Source of the DNA: Verrucomicrobiota bacterium
Lineage (GTDB): Bacteria > Verrucomicrobiota > Verrucomicrobiia > Limisphaerales > CAIQOK01
Assembly (NCBI GenBank): GCA_031423695.1
Contig: JANPGB010000286.1
Location: 1 to 53,423 of the forward strand
Length of the DNA: 53,423 nucleotides
Reading direction: 5' to 3'
In this document: positions 36,896 to 46,767 of the stretch, one piece after another
Layout: each line of letters begins with the position of its first letter
How positions within the stretch are numbered: position 1 is the stretch's first letter
Made by a program: the position numbers and the translations under genes
Notes under the pieces: generated by a model
The model's input: the letters and a program-made list of their open reading frames with translations, nothing else
Database searches by the model: none
Told to the model about the DNA's origin: nothing

Positions 36896-36968
36896 GCTTG
36901 GGGAATATCGGGTTTCGGTTGGAGGCGCAAGCAGTTCCTCAGTCGCCCAAAGACTCGGAGGGAGTTGC

Positions 36969-37126
36969 ACCGCGAAACACACGAACTACACGAAAAAACA
37001 CAGAACAAGTCGGACGAAGCGCCACTTGCCTGACCGAAACACACATCCGGATTTGGAAACTCAGGATATGCTAAAAAGCTGAACGCCTTCCGCTCCCCAT
37101 TTTGTATAGTTCGTGTGTTTCGCGGT
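36969..37126. repeat. MITE-like element, family F (22-bp terminal inverted repeats)
   Basis: accgcgaaacacacgaactaca (36969-36990) matches the reverse complement of tatagttcgtgtgtttcgcggt (37105-37126) at 21 of 22 positions. This symmetry explains why two spurious track ORFs both begin with MCFAV. Confidence 0.75.
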
Positions 37127-37142
37127 TAAAATTCAGTCCGAC

Positions 37143-37892
37143 TCACTCGCCCTGTTCCAACGACGCCAGCACTTCGGGGTCGCGCACGTCCACCCAGCGG
37201 CCCTCGATTTTCAGGCCGGCGATCCGGTGATGCGTCTCCAGCAGGGCATTGATGGCGTCGGTCAGTTCATATTCGCCGCGCGGGGATTTGTGCAGCTTGG
37301 CGGTGAACTCGAACAGCGAGGATTTGAAGATGTAGATGCTGGCGTTGTACCACACTGGTTGACCGGGCTTGAGCCAGCCGTCCTCGCGCAACTGCTCAAC
37401 CTGTTCCGCCGTGGGTTTCTCCACAATCCGCAACAGACAGAACTGATCGTCAAAGAAATCCAGCCCGCCCTTGGTCACATCCTGACCCCCGGTAACGGTC
37501 GTGAGGCCGGAAAAATAGCCCTCGTTGAAGCGATGGATCATTTGCTGATACGTCTCCGGCTTTACCAGGATGTCGCCGTAGGTGAGCAGAAAGGACGAAG
37601 TGCCGATGAATTCCTTCGCCAGTTCGGGCGCCTTGCCCGTGCCGTCCTGGACAACCTGGCGGCCGTAGGCGATCCGCACCTTCCATTTCGAGCCGTCCCC
37701 GAAATAATTCTCGATGACCTCGGCGCGAAAGCCCGTGACGATGAAAATGTCGTGGATGCCGGAGGCGATCAGGCCCAGGAGGATATGTTCGAGGATGGGT
37801 TTGCCCTGCACCAGGAGCATGGGTTTGGGCAGCTCGTTGGTGAGCTCCCGCATGCGGGTGCCTTTGCCGGCGGCGAGAATGACTGCTTTCAT
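37143..37892 (-). CDS. Sugar-phosphate nucleotidyltransferase (NTP_transferase family)
   Basis: MKAVILAAGKGTRMRELTNELPKPMLLVQGKPILEHIL...LLTYGDILV. Confidence 0.85.
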   Translation of the reverse strand: MKAVILAAGKGTRMRELTNELPKPMLLVQGKPILEHILLGLIASGIHDIFIVTGFRAEVIENYFGDGSKWKVRIAYGRQVVQDGTGKAPELAKEFIGTSSFLLTYGDILVKPETYQQMIHRFNEGYFSGLTTVTGGQDVTKGGLDFFDDQFCLLRIVEKPTAEQVEQLREDGWLKPGQPVWYNASIYIFKSSLFEFTAKLHKSPRGEYELTDAINALLETHHRIAGLKIEGRWVDVRDPEVLASLEQGE

Positions 37893-37985
37893 TTCCCACA
37901 GGTGAACACAGTTGGCAACGGATGAAAAAGAAAAAATTCTCGAAACTTGTGCGCACGGATGCGGTCGTGCATTGCCATTATTTTT

Positions 37986-38091
37986 TCTCCCTCTGCGCCC
38001 CCGAGGGAGAAGGGGTCGGGGTGAGGCGGCATCATTGTTCCAGCCAAATTCTTCTCACCCCAACCCTCTCCCCGCCTGGCGGGGAGAGGGA
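37986..38091. repeat. MITE-like element, family C, copy 2 (short, intergenic)
   Basis: The left arm is tctccctctgcgcccccgagggagaaggggtcggggtgagg. The right arm is cttctcaccccaaccctctccccgcctggcggggagagggag. These are the same arms as at 32766-32971. Confidence 0.75.
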
Positions 38092-38162
38092 GTCCGAACA
38101 GTTGCCACCGCGCGCCACGATAAGAGATTGCTTCCGCGCCGGTCAAAAGCTCAAATACTCCC

Positions 38163-38942
38163 ATGATGGCCAAACGAGTCATTCCCTGTCTCGACGTTCA
38201 CGACGGCAAAGTCACGCGCGGCGTCCAGTTCGGCGTCGCCGAAAAGGGCGGCCTGCGCAACGTGGGCGATCCCGTCGAGCTGGCCCTGCGCTACAACGAA
38301 CAGGGCGCGGACGAAATGGTGTTCTTCGACATCACCGCCACCGCGCACGGTCGCGGCACGATGGTCGAGGTGATCGAGCGCGCCGCCGACCAATGCTTCA
38401 TGCCGCTCACCGTCGGTGGCGGCATCAAATCCGTGGACGACATGTACACGATGCTCCGCGCGGGGGCGGACAAGATCAGCATCAATTCCAGCGCGCTCGC
38501 CCGGCCCGAACTCATCCGCGAAGGCGCGGAGAAATTCGGCAGCCAGTGCATTGTCGTGTCGATTGACGCAAAGCGCACCACGCCGGGCGTGGACCAATGG
38601 GGCGTGTTCTCGCACGGCGGCCGCAAAGACACCGGCCTCGACGCTGTCGAATGGGCCAAGCGCGCCGTGGCGCTCGGCGCGGGCGAGATTGTGTTGAACT
38701 CGATTGACGCGGACGGAATGAAGACCGGCTTCGACCTCGTCATCACCCGCCGCGTCAGCGAATCCGTGGGTGTGCCGGTGGTGGCCAGCGGCGGCGCGGG
38801 CAGATTGGAACACATGGCCGAAGTGCTGGTGGAAGGCCGGGCCGACGCCGTCCTGGCCGCGAGCATTTTCCATTTTGGGACTTACACCGTGGGGGACGTG
38901 AAGAAGTTTTTGGCGGAGAAGCAAATTCCGGTGCGGCTCTAG
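38163..38942 (+). CDS. hisF: Imidazole glycerol phosphate synthase, cyclase subunit
   Basis: [20 protein letters not shown]...[13 protein letters not shown]...PLTVGGGI...GADKISINS...[14 protein letters not shown]. Confidence 0.95.
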   Translation: MMAKRVIPCLDVHDGKVTRGVQFGVAEKGGLRNVGDPVELALRYNEQGADEMVFFDITATAHGRGTMVEVIERAADQCFMPLTVGGGIKSVDDMYTMLRAGADKISINSSALARPELIREGAEKFGSQCIVVSIDAKRTTPGVDQWGVFSHGGRKDTGLDAVEWAKRAVALGAGEIVLNSIDADGMKTGFDLVITRRVSESVGVPVVASGGAGRLEHMAEVLVEGRADAVLAASIFHFGTYTVGDVKKFLAEKQIPVRL

Positions 38943-39030
38943 GTGCTCCTAGCCACGGACGAACGCTAGTCCAAAGATTTGTCCAGGCCAAGCGCCGCGG
39001 CACTGACGGCGCCGGAGGCGCGGTGGAAAG

Positions 39031-39176
39031 TAGCCCGAGGTGAAACCGTGGGCTTGGTGGTCAAAAGAAATTCAAGCCCCGGATGGGGCGGGAGAAAATC
39101 ATCAACGAACATTCCTTTCGCCTCCGCCGCCGCTTTATTTGTTTGCGCATGTTTGCCCTCGGTTTCACCGTGGGCT
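39031..39176. repeat. Nested-palindrome element, family A, copy 2
   Basis: The ends are tagcccgaggtgaaaccgtgggc and gccctcggtttcaccgtgggct. It aligns with the reverse complement of 3628-3780. Confidence 0.7.
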
Positions 39177-39352
39177 CTTTTCGGACGTTGTTGAAATCCT
39201 TCATGCATTCCGTTTACAAGACGCCACAAGGGGGATTGTGGAGGGGTTGAAGCCGATCCGGAGCAGTGCGCCGGAAGCAATGACTGGCCAGATTCGCAGG
39301 GCGCGTCCGTCGGCGGTCTCGCTCGCCAGTGAAACGCAAAGGTTCCGCCACC

Positions 39353-39802
39353 TCAGCGACGGGGTCGCAGCAGGATGGCCTTCTTGTCCGTGCCTTCCAC
39401 TTCCACGCTGTGCGTCTCCACGCCCGGATCATCCTTGAGCGCATGGTGGATGATGCGGCGGTCGAAGGCGCTCAACGGTTCGAGCTCCACCACGTCGCCC
39501 CATTTGCGGACTTTTTCGGCGGCTTCCTGGGCCTTCTTGAGGAGCGCTTCGCGGGCCTGCGCGCGGTAGCCGCCCACGTCCACCAGAACTTTCGGCGCGG
39601 TGGGATCCTGCTGAAAGAGCAGCCGGTTGGTGATGTATTGCAGGTCGGAAAGGGTCTGGCCTTGGCGGCCGATCAGGCGGCCCGAGTCGTCGTTTTTGAC
39701 CTCGAGCAGCACGCCGTCATCGAGGGCATGCTCTTCGACGGTGGACGGGAAGCCGAGCAGTTCCAGGATTTTTTCCAGGGTGGCTTTCGGTTGGGCAGTC
39801 AT
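39353..39802 (-). CDS. jag: Jag/KhpB-type RNA-binding protein (KH plus R3H domains, short form)
   Basis: LIGRQGQTLSDLQYI (KH-like GxxG) and LEPLSAFDRRIIHHAL (R3H). It lies downstream of yidC. Confidence 0.85.
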   Translation of the reverse strand: MTAQPKATLEKILELLGFPSTVEEHALDDGVLLEVKNDDSGRLIGRQGQTLSDLQYITNRLLFQQDPTAPKVLVDVGGYRAQAREALLKKAQEAAEKVRKWGDVVELEPLSAFDRRIIHHALKDDPGVETHSVEVEGTDKKAILLRPRR

Positions 39803-39843
39803 GATTCGTTAAGGGTTGGAGGTGTTCAGTCGGGCGGCAGAAA

Positions 39844-41643
39844 TTATTTGCTCTTTTTCAGGGCCGGCTTCGCGACGACGGCGGTGACGGGCTCGGTCTT
39901 GATCATTTTGGTCTGGAGGATCGTCAGCAGGTTGCTAACGGTCCAGTAGAGCGCCAGGCCGGCCGAGTTATTGTAAAAGAACACCATGAACATGAGCGGC
40001 ATGTAGCGCATCATTTTCTGCTGCGCGGGATCCATGCCGGGCGACGGCGGGGTGAGATGCGCCTGCCAGAGCATGGTCGCGCCCATCAGCAGCGGGAGCA
40101 GGTTGAAGGGCAGCCCCATGCCCGGGACGCCGATCACGGGGATGAAATCCAGTCCGGGAATATTGAAGAGCGTGTCGGGCTTGGACAGGTCGGCGATCCA
40201 GAAGAAGCTCGCGCCGCGCAGCTCGATGGCGGTGCGCACCATGAACACGAAGCCGAAGAACACCGGCATCTGGAGCAGCATCGGCAGACAGCCGCCGAGC
40301 GGGCTGACCTTGTTCTCCTTGTAGAACTCCATCACCTTCTTGTTCATCTTGACCGGGTCTTCCTTGTATTTTTCCTGGATCAACTTCATCTGCGGCTGGA
40401 GCGCCTGCATGCGTTTCATGGAGCGCGTGCTCGCCTGCGTGAGCGGCCAGAAGAGCAGCTTGATGATGATCGTAATGGCGATGATGGCCCAGGCGTAGGA
40501 GAGCGACAGCACATCGTGCAGCCAGTTCATCCCGAGCAGGAGCGCCTTGGCAAAAAATCCAAAAAAGCCGCCGAAGCCCATGACCAGGTCAACCTCGTTC
40601 TTGAACCGGTCGGCGATGCGCGCCAGCGTCTGGTATTCCTTCGGCCCGGCAAAAAAGTCGAAACGCCGCTCCACCACGCCGCCCGGCACCAGCGTTACCG
40701 CCGGATACACCAGCATGGTCTCAAAACTCTTGAGCGGCGCGGAGTTTGAAAAGCTGTTGGGGCCCGTGAGTTGTCGCGGCAGGGTGATTTGCTCCGAGAC
40801 AATCTGCTGCGCCGGCTCGGCCGGCATGGTGATGAGAGCGAAAAACTGGTTCTGAACGGCGGCCCACACGACATTGCTCGCGCCCGCCTCGTAGCGGGTG
40901 CGCGGTGTGCCCGGAAAGCAGCCGAGATAACGATTGTCAAACCAGGCCTCGGTAATCTCCTGCTTCTTGGCACCGTCGTGCCACATGAGCCCCATCGCCT
41001 GGCCTTTGTCATCCGGATCCATCGGCGTCGGCGCGCCGATCACCCATTGCTGAGGAGCGAGGGCCAGCGGTTGTGCGGAGGTGTTCTCCAGCCGCGCCGT
41101 GGCGTGCAGGAGATAGTTGGTGCTCAACTCAAACTCCTTCACGATCCGCAGGCCGTTCGGGAGCAGCTGCTCGGCGTGCACACCGCCGGCCGTGCGGGTG
41201 AGCGCAAACACGCCGTCGCCTTGGACCGCGGCATCCCCAGCCAAAGCCAGCACCGGCACCGGCACATGGGTGTTCAGCGAGGCCAGATTGCTGGGGAGTG
41301 GCGGCTTCTGGTGTTGCCGCGAAATTTCTTCCGGGTAACGGACCAGTTCGATCTCCTTCAGGCCGCCGCCGTGCGTGGTGAAGATGTAGCGCGCGTTTTC
41401 ATTGGTCACCACCAGCAGTTCCTCCGGCGCGCCGGGGTGCGCGATGAAAGCGGCCGCCGAGGCCGCGGGTGTTGCCAAGACCGCGGGAGCCGCGCTGGCC
41501 GCGGCGGCGGGCTGGCTGGCGGCCGCGTTTGTGCCGGCGGGCAGCGCCGTCCGCGGTGGGGTGAATTTCGGGATTACGACCGTAACCCACAACACCAGCG
41601 TGCCCAGGCACGCGGCAATGACAATAATTGATTTGCGATCCAT
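39844..41643 (-). CDS. yidC: Membrane protein insertase YidC
   Basis: 599 aa with an N-terminal TM and a large periplasmic domain. The C-terminal core reads YAWAIIAITIIIKLLFWPLTQASTRSMKRMQALQPQM...GCLPMLLQMPVFFGF. Confidence 0.9.
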   Translation of the reverse strand: MDRKSIIVIAACLGTLVLWVTVVIPKFTPPRTALPAGTNAAASQPAAAASAAPAVLATPAASAAAFIAHPGAPEELLVVTNENARYIFTTHGGGLKEIELVRYPEEISRQHQKPPLPSNLASLNTHVPVPVLALAGDAAVQGDGVFALTRTAGGVHAEQLLPNGLRIVKEFELSTNYLLHATARLENTSAQPLALAPQQWVIGAPTPMDPDDKGQAMGLMWHDGAKKQEITEAWFDNRYLGCFPGTPRTRYEAGASNVVWAAVQNQFFALITMPAEPAQQIVSEQITLPRQLTGPNSFSNSAPLKSFETMLVYPAVTLVPGGVVERRFDFFAGPKEYQTLARIADRFKNEVDLVMGFGGFFGFFAKALLLGMNWLHDVLSLSYAWAIIAITIIIKLLFWPLTQASTRSMKRMQALQPQMKLIQEKYKEDPVKMNKKVMEFYKENKVSPLGGCLPMLLQMPVFFGFVFMVRTAIELRGASFFWIADLSKPDTLFNIPGLDFIPVIGVPGMGLPFNLLPLLMGATMLWQAHLTPPSPGMDPAQQKMMRYMPLMFMVFFYNNSAGLALYWTVSNLLTILQTKMIKTEPVTAVVAKPALKKSK

Positions 41644-41648
41644 GAAAA

Positions 41649-41942
41649 TTATGAGTGGGCGGGAGCCGGGGACAGTTCGGAGTTCGGAGTTGAGGGTTCG
41701 GAGTTTTTAGGAACCGGATCGTGCCCGCAGTCGCCCCACGGATGGCAGCGGCACAGGCGTTTCACGGCGAACCATGAACCCCTCGCCGCACCGTGGGTCT
41801 GGAGCGCTTCCAGCGCGTAGGCCGAGCAGCCCGGCGTGAACCGGCACTGCGCCAGCGGGCCGCACAAAAAGCTTTTCGCCGGCGAGAGCGTCCAGCGATA
41901 CAGCCGCACGGAAAAAATCAAGATGGTTTGAACCAGAGTCAC
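41649..41942 (-). CDS. yidD: Membrane protein insertion efficiency factor YidD
   Basis: [65 protein letters not shown]. Confidence 0.85.
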   Translation of the reverse strand: MTLVQTILIFSVRLYRWTLSPAKSFLCGPLAQCRFTPGCSAYALEALQTHGAARGSWFAVKRLCRCHPWGDCGHDPVPKNSEPSTPNSELSPAPAHS

Positions 41943-41948
41943 AATTGT

Positions 41949-42332
41949 CTATTGGGCGGCGTCCTTGAGCAATCCCGCGCGGCGCAGGGTGGCCAGATAA
42001 TCTGCTTCCACCCCGGAAAAAGCCTTGGCGGTGATGGACTGGCGCGCGACCAGCACCAGGTCCAGCGGCCGGGCCAGCTGGTGTTGGTGGAGCCGGAACG
42101 CCTCCCGCATCAGCCTGCGGGCGCGGTTGCGAACCACCGCGTTGCCGATCCTGCCGCTGGTCACCACGCCCAGACGCGAAGGCGAGCCCGCCGGCAGGGC
42201 GAGCCAGTTGGCGATCAGGCAGCCCAGCACCAGACGGTGGCCCTCCTGGCGCACCTTGGAGAAATCGCGACCCTGCTTGATGCGCATCGCCGGGATGAAC
42301 TTCAGGCGCTGAGGGGTCGCAGCCGACATCAC
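41949..42332 (-). CDS. rnpA: Ribonuclease P protein component
   Basis: Position directly after rpmH. Basic protein with GVVTSGRIGNAVVRNRARRLMREAFR (RNR motif). Confidence 0.85.
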   Translation of the reverse strand: MMSAATPQRLKFIPAMRIKQGRDFSKVRQEGHRLVLGCLIANWLALPAGSPSRLGVVTSGRIGNAVVRNRARRLMREAFRLHQHQLARPLDLVLVARQSITAKAFSGVEADYLATLRRAGLLKDAAQ

Positions 42333-42341
42333 GCAGGCGGA

Positions 42342-42479
42342 TTAAACCGGCGTCAGGCGTTTGCGGCCCACCCGGCGGCGGTTGGCCAGGGTGGCCTTGC
42401 CGTTCTTGGAACTGTTACGATTGAGAAAACCGTGCTGGCGTTTGCGGCGCATTTTCGACGGCTGATACTGTCGTTTCAT
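42342..42479 (-). CDS. rpmH: 50S ribosomal protein L34
   Basis: From the internal ATG at 42479: [45 protein letters not shown] (45 aa). Confidence 0.9.
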   Translation of the reverse strand: MKRQYQPSKMRRKRQHGFLNRNSSKNGKATLANRRRVGRKRLTPV

Positions 42480-42786
42480 AAATAAAATTTTCCATTGCCC
42501 GTAAAATCCTGCCGAACATCGGCCCAACTGGGACTTCTCCGAAAACCGGAACGCAGGAGAATAGCAGCGAAGGGCTGGGTGTCAAGCAGCCCGCGGTCCT
42601 CCGCGGTGTGATGGGTGATGGCGGGCCTGACGGATGAGTTTGGCGGGTTGGGAACCCCGCTGCAAAGCACGGGCAGCAAGCTCCAGAGATGGCCCGCACG
42701 TCAAGCGGCCACGCGGAACATTCAACCCCTGGCGCTTGGGAGATGAAGTTTCTTTGGGGCTTGGAGGCTGGTTCGTGGAGTTGTTC

Positions 42787-43572
42787 TCACAGGGCCTTCA
42801 CCAGTGCCGCCACGCGCCGGGCATCGACGGGATTCGCCAGTCTGCCGTCCTGCTTCAGCGACGAGCCGACGATGAAGCCGTCCGCCTTGGGCAGGAATTG
42901 ATGGATGTTTTCCGCCGTCACGCCGCTGCCCAAAAGAATCTTTGCGCGGGGACATGCGCGGCGGACGCGCTCCACGTCGGCGAGATCGGCGACCTTGCCG
43001 GTGCCGGTGCCGGAGACAATGAGCGCATCCGCCAGCCCGCGTTCCAGGGTGTCGCTCGCGGATTCTTCAATCTCCCAGTCGCCCAGCGGCACGGCGTGTT
43101 TGACATGGACGTCGGCAAAAATCTGCGCCAGCGGCGCGACGCGCGTGCGGTAACGCAGCGTGCCGTAGGCGTCGCCTTCGATGAGCCCCTGGTCCGTGAG
43201 CATCGCGCCCGTGTGAACATTGACGCGGATGAACCCCCCGCCGCACGCGGCGCACAGCGCGAGCGCGGCGCGGGCGTCATTCCGTAGCACGTTGAATCCG
43301 ATCGGCAGCTTCACCGCCGCGCGAATCGCGCAGCCCGCCGCCGTCATGGCGGCAATCGTCTCTGGAGCCACGCCGGATTTCGTGAACGGCACATCGCCGA
43401 AATTCTCGATGAACACGGCCTGCGCGCCGCCCTGTTCGTACGCCCGCGCGTCCGCCACGGCGGATTTGATGAGGGTTTTCAAGTCCCCGCCCCAGCGCGG
43501 CGCGCCGGGCAGGGGGAGGAGATGAACCACGCCGATGAGGACTTTGCGGTGACCGGTGAAGAGGGTTTTCAT
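42787..43572 (-). CDS. BtpA/SgcQ family TIM-barrel protein
   Basis: LIGVVHLLPLPGAPRWGG...AVFIENFGDVPF...GFNVLRNDARAALALC...FIRVNVHTGAM...DVHVKHA. Confidence 0.75.
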   Translation of the reverse strand: MKTLFTGHRKVLIGVVHLLPLPGAPRWGGDLKTLIKSAVADARAYEQGGAQAVFIENFGDVPFTKSGVAPETIAAMTAAGCAIRAAVKLPIGFNVLRNDARAALALCAACGGGFIRVNVHTGAMLTDQGLIEGDAYGTLRYRTRVAPLAQIFADVHVKHAVPLGDWEIEESASDTLERGLADALIVSGTGTGKVADLADVERVRRACPRAKILLGSGVTAENIHQFLPKADGFIVGSSLKQDGRLANPVDARRVAALVKAL

Positions 43573-43587
43573 TTTGGTTTTGGCAGC

Positions 43588-44310
43588 TCAGTTTGGCAAT
43601 TCTGGTGGCGGTTCGGTGGATTTGGTTGCGCGCAGTTGCTTCAGCGCCGCCAGCGCGGCCTCGCTTTCCGCTAGCTTTTTGCTTTTGCCCGCTCCGCGCG
43701 CCAGTTCGACGCCGGCATGATGCACCGTGCATTCGAAAATCCGGTCATGGTCCGGGCCCGTGGCGGAGACAACGTGATACTGCGGCGCCACCGGCGAGGC
43801 GGCCTGGAGCAGTTCTTGCAATTCCCCCTTGGGATTGTCGAGGTTTGGCAATTCCACCAATTCGCTCAACGCGCTGTGAAATTCTCGCAGGATGAATTCG
43901 CGGGCGGCTTCGACTCCGCCATCCAGAAAAACCGCCCCAACCACCGCCTCGTACCCGTCCGCCAGGGCAGAGGCCCGCTCCCGGCCGCCGCTGCTTTCTT
44001 CACCCCGACTGACCAGCAGGTGGCGGCCGAGGTCCAACTGGCGGCCGCGCTCGGCCAGTGCCCGACGGTTGACCAGCTTGGCGCGGGCCTTGGTCAGCGG
44101 GCCTTCGCCAAATCCGGGAAACTTATCGTAAAGCTCGCGCGTGAGGATGAGCTGGAGGACCGCGTCGCCGAGAAATTCCAACCGCTGGTTGGTCTGCGTC
44201 GGGGCGCCGTGTTCGTGCGCGATGGACGGATGTGTGAGCGCGAGCCGCAGCAGTTCGGCGTCGCGAAAGGCGTAGCCAAGCCGGTTTTGGAGTTCCTCGT
44301 TGGCAGCCAC
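43588..44310 (-). CDS. rnc: Ribonuclease III
   Basis: LALTHPS...NQRLEFLGDAVLQLILTRELYDKFPGFGEGPLTKARAKLVN, plus a C-terminal dsRBD (GPDHDRIFECTVHHAGVELARGAGKSKKLAESEAA). Confidence 0.9.
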   Translation of the reverse strand: MAANEELQNRLGYAFRDAELLRLALTHPSIAHEHGAPTQTNQRLEFLGDAVLQLILTRELYDKFPGFGEGPLTKARAKLVNRRALAERGRQLDLGRHLLVSRGEESSGGRERASALADGYEAVVGAVFLDGGVEAAREFILREFHSALSELVELPNLDNPKGELQELLQAASPVAPQYHVVSATGPDHDRIFECTVHHAGVELARGAGKSKKLAESEAALAALKQLRATKSTEPPPELPN

Positions 44311-44319
44311 GGCGGCAAT

Positions 44320-44916
44320 TTATTCTGCCCTGGATTCCGCCACCGCTTCTGGAGCGGCCGCGTCCACGGGCGCGGGAATTTCGACGGACGGCTGGGTTGC
44401 CGGCGGATTGAGGCCGTGTTCGAGCAGGGCGGCAACGTCGTGCTGCACCTGCTCAAGCTGGTTCAGTTGGAGATTCGGATCCACGATGGTGAAGATGTCG
44501 CCGGTCTTGGCCTGTTCGTAAATGAAGACGCGCAGACCGTCGCGGGTGAACTGGTCCTTGATTTTCAGGAGCCGCTTGCGTTCCAGCATGACGGCCAGGA
44601 TGTAGGCGGCGGGAATGTTTTTCGGGTCATTCAGCTCGATCAACTTGCGCAGGACGGTCTCGGCGGTTTCTTTCTGGATGGCCTCCGGCGCATGGGCGGG
44701 CGGGGCATTGTAAACGCCCTGCCAGTGCGAAACGAAACCCTTGCGGTCGCGCGCCTCGTTGAATTGCTTGTCCCAGCAGGCGACGCAAATATCGGAGCGC
44801 CGCAGCTCGGATCGCTCCTCGAACAGCATCGTGTGATAGGACTCCTTGTCGGCAAAGGTTCGGGCGCAGGCTTCACAGCCGTGGGCGCGGGATTGAATGT
44901 TCCAGTCGGTTATCAA
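44320..44916 (-). CDS. Hypothetical protein with an N-terminal 4-Cys zinc-ribbon-like motif, directly upstream of rnc
   Basis: 198-aa ORF 9 nt upstream of rnc on the same strand. It has CEACARTF...x21...CVACW. I recognise no family. Confidence 0.65.
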   Translation of the reverse strand: MITDWNIQSRAHGCEACARTFADKESYHTMLFEERSELRRSDICVACWDKQFNEARDRKGFVSHWQGVYNAPPAHAPEAIQKETAETVLRKLIELNDPKNIPAAYILAVMLERKRLLKIKDQFTRDGLRVFIYEQAKTGDIFTIVDPNLQLNQLEQVQHDVAALLEHGLNPPATQPSVEIPAPVDAAAPEAVAESRAE

Positions 44917-45088
44917 GATTGCTGCTGATCATAGCGCGTCCTTTGATGGGTCTGCAATCTCATTTGAACGGACACAGCCGCCGGAACCGTCCCTTCCCGT
45001 TCGGATTCTGGGGATTTAATGACGTGAATTGGAGTTGCGCTGGTCCACCAGTTCGCTCTTATTTGGTCACTACGCAATCGAACGAATC

Positions 45089-46765
45089 ATGAGCACTCAA
45101 TACACCATCGGTCTGGACTACGGCACGAACTCGGTTCGCGCCCTCATCGTCAACGTCGCCAACGGCGCGGAAGTCGCCGCCGCCGTCTGGGGCTACTCAC
45201 ACGGCACTGCTGGCGTCGTGCTCGGCCGCGACCCGAATCTGGCCCGCCAGCATCCCGCCGATTACCTGAAAGGCGCGGAGCTCACCATCCAGCAGGCGCT
45301 CGCCACGGCGAAGAAAACCGTGCGCGGCTTCAGCGCCAGCCAGGTCATCGGCATCGGTGTTGACACCACCGGCAGCACGCCGTTGCCGGTAGGCAAGGAC
45401 GGACAACCGCTCGTCTTCCAGAAAAAGTTTGCAAACAATCCGGCGGCGATGGCGTGGTTGTGGAAAGATCACACCGGCATTGCCGAGGCGGCGGAAATCA
45501 CCGCGCTCGCTAAAAAGATGCGCCCGCAATATCTCGCCAAGTGCGGCGGCACGTATTCGAGCGAATGGTTCTTTAGCAAAATTTTGAAATGCCTCCGCAC
45601 CGCGCCGGAGGTTTTCAACGCCGCGCATTCGTGGATTGAGCTGTCCGACTTTGTCCCCGCCGCGCTGACCGACACGCTTGCGCCGGACAAGTTCACCGCC
45701 GGTATCTGCGCCGCCGGCCACAAGGCGATGTATAGCGCGAGTTGGGGCGGCTATCCCGACAAACAATTTCTCGCGAAGCTTGATCCGAAGCTCGGCGCAT
45801 TGCGCGATCGTTTGACGAAGCGCGTGCTCGCCGTGGATTCCGCCGCCGGAAAACTGACGGCGGCCTGGGCGAAGAAAACCGGCCTGTCGGCGGGCATTCC
45901 CGTGGCGGTCGGCGCGTTCGACGCCCACACCGGCGCGATTGGCGCGGGCGTCAAACCCGGCACGCTCGTGAAGATCATCGGCACGAGCACCTGCGACATC
46001 AGCGTGCGCGTGAACACCGCCAAGCTCGCGGACATCCCCGGCGTCTGCGGCATCGTGGACGGCAGCGTCGTCCCCGGTTACTTCGGCATCGAGGCCGGGC
46101 AATCCGCGGTGGGCGACATGTTCAACTGGCTGGTGAATTACATCCAACCCGGCGGCACAAAGGCCGGTTCGCACGAGGAGCTCACCAAGGGCGCGTTGAA
46201 ACTTCAGCCCGGCGAAAGCGGCCTGCTCGCGCTCGACTGGAACAACGGCAATCGCACGATTCTCGTGGACCAGCAGCTCAGTGGTTTGATTCTCGGCCAG
46301 ACGCTTTACACCACGCCGGCGGAAATTTACCGCGCGCTCATCGAGGCGACGGCTTACGGCGCGCTGACCATCATCAACCGCTACGAGGAATACGGCGTGA
46401 AGATTTCCGAGGTGGTGAACTGCGGCGGCATCGCCGAGAAAAGCGCGCTCGTCATGCAGACCTACGCGGACATCACGGGTCGTCCGATGAAGATCAGCCG
46501 CTCGGCGCAAACCTGCGCGCTGGGTTCGGCGATTGCCGCCGCGGTCATTGCCGGGGCGCACAAGGATTTTGCGTCCGCGCAAACGGCCATGACCGGTTTG
46601 AAGGCGAAAGTCTATAAGCCGAATCCGAAAGCCCACGCGGTTTACAAGGAGCTATACGCGCTCTACAAACAGTTGCACGACGCCTTCGGCACGAAGGAAT
46701 GGAACGGCAATCTGTATGGTGTGATGAAGAAGCTGATTGAAGTTCGGAGTCGCGTGAGGAAATGA
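45089..46765 (+). CDS. araB: Ribulokinase (FGGY family)
   Basis: In-frame ATG at 45089. MSTQYTIGLDYGTNSVRALIV...GVDTTGSTPLPV...GGTYSSEWFFSKILK...GGIAEKSALVMQTYADITGRPM. Confidence 0.9.
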   Translation: MSTQYTIGLDYGTNSVRALIVNVANGAEVAAAVWGYSHGTAGVVLGRDPNLARQHPADYLKGAELTIQQALATAKKTVRGFSASQVIGIGVDTTGSTPLPVGKDGQPLVFQKKFANNPAAMAWLWKDHTGIAEAAEITALAKKMRPQYLAKCGGTYSSEWFFSKILKCLRTAPEVFNAAHSWIELSDFVPAALTDTLAPDKFTAGICAAGHKAMYSASWGGYPDKQFLAKLDPKLGALRDRLTKRVLAVDSAAGKLTAAWAKKTGLSAGIPVAVGAFDAHTGAIGAGVKPGTLVKIIGTSTCDISVRVNTAKLADIPGVCGIVDGSVVPGYFGIEAGQSAVGDMFNWLVNYIQPGGTKAGSHEELTKGALKLQPGESGLLALDWNNGNRTILVDQQLSGLILGQTLYTTPAEIYRALIEATAYGALTIINRYEEYGVKISEVVNCGGIAEKSALVMQTYADITGRPMKISRSAQTCALGSAIAAAVIAGAHKDFASAQTAMTGLKAKVYKPNPKAHAVYKELYALYKQLHDAFGTKEWNGNLYGVMKKLIEVRSRVRK

Positions 46766-46767
46766 TT

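Noticed and set aside
36896-37200. Two track ORFs on opposite strands that both start with MCFAV (36982 minus and 37113 plus)
   Set aside because: The shared peptide is an artefact of the 22-bp inverted repeats of the family-F element. The dprA homology begins only at ATG 36895, and the plus ORF is antisense to the nucleotidyltransferase gene.
43717-44928. 403-aa plus-strand ORF
   Set aside because: Shadow of rnc and the zinc-ribbon gene.
45197-46636. 479-aa minus-strand ORF
   Set aside because: Shadow of araB.
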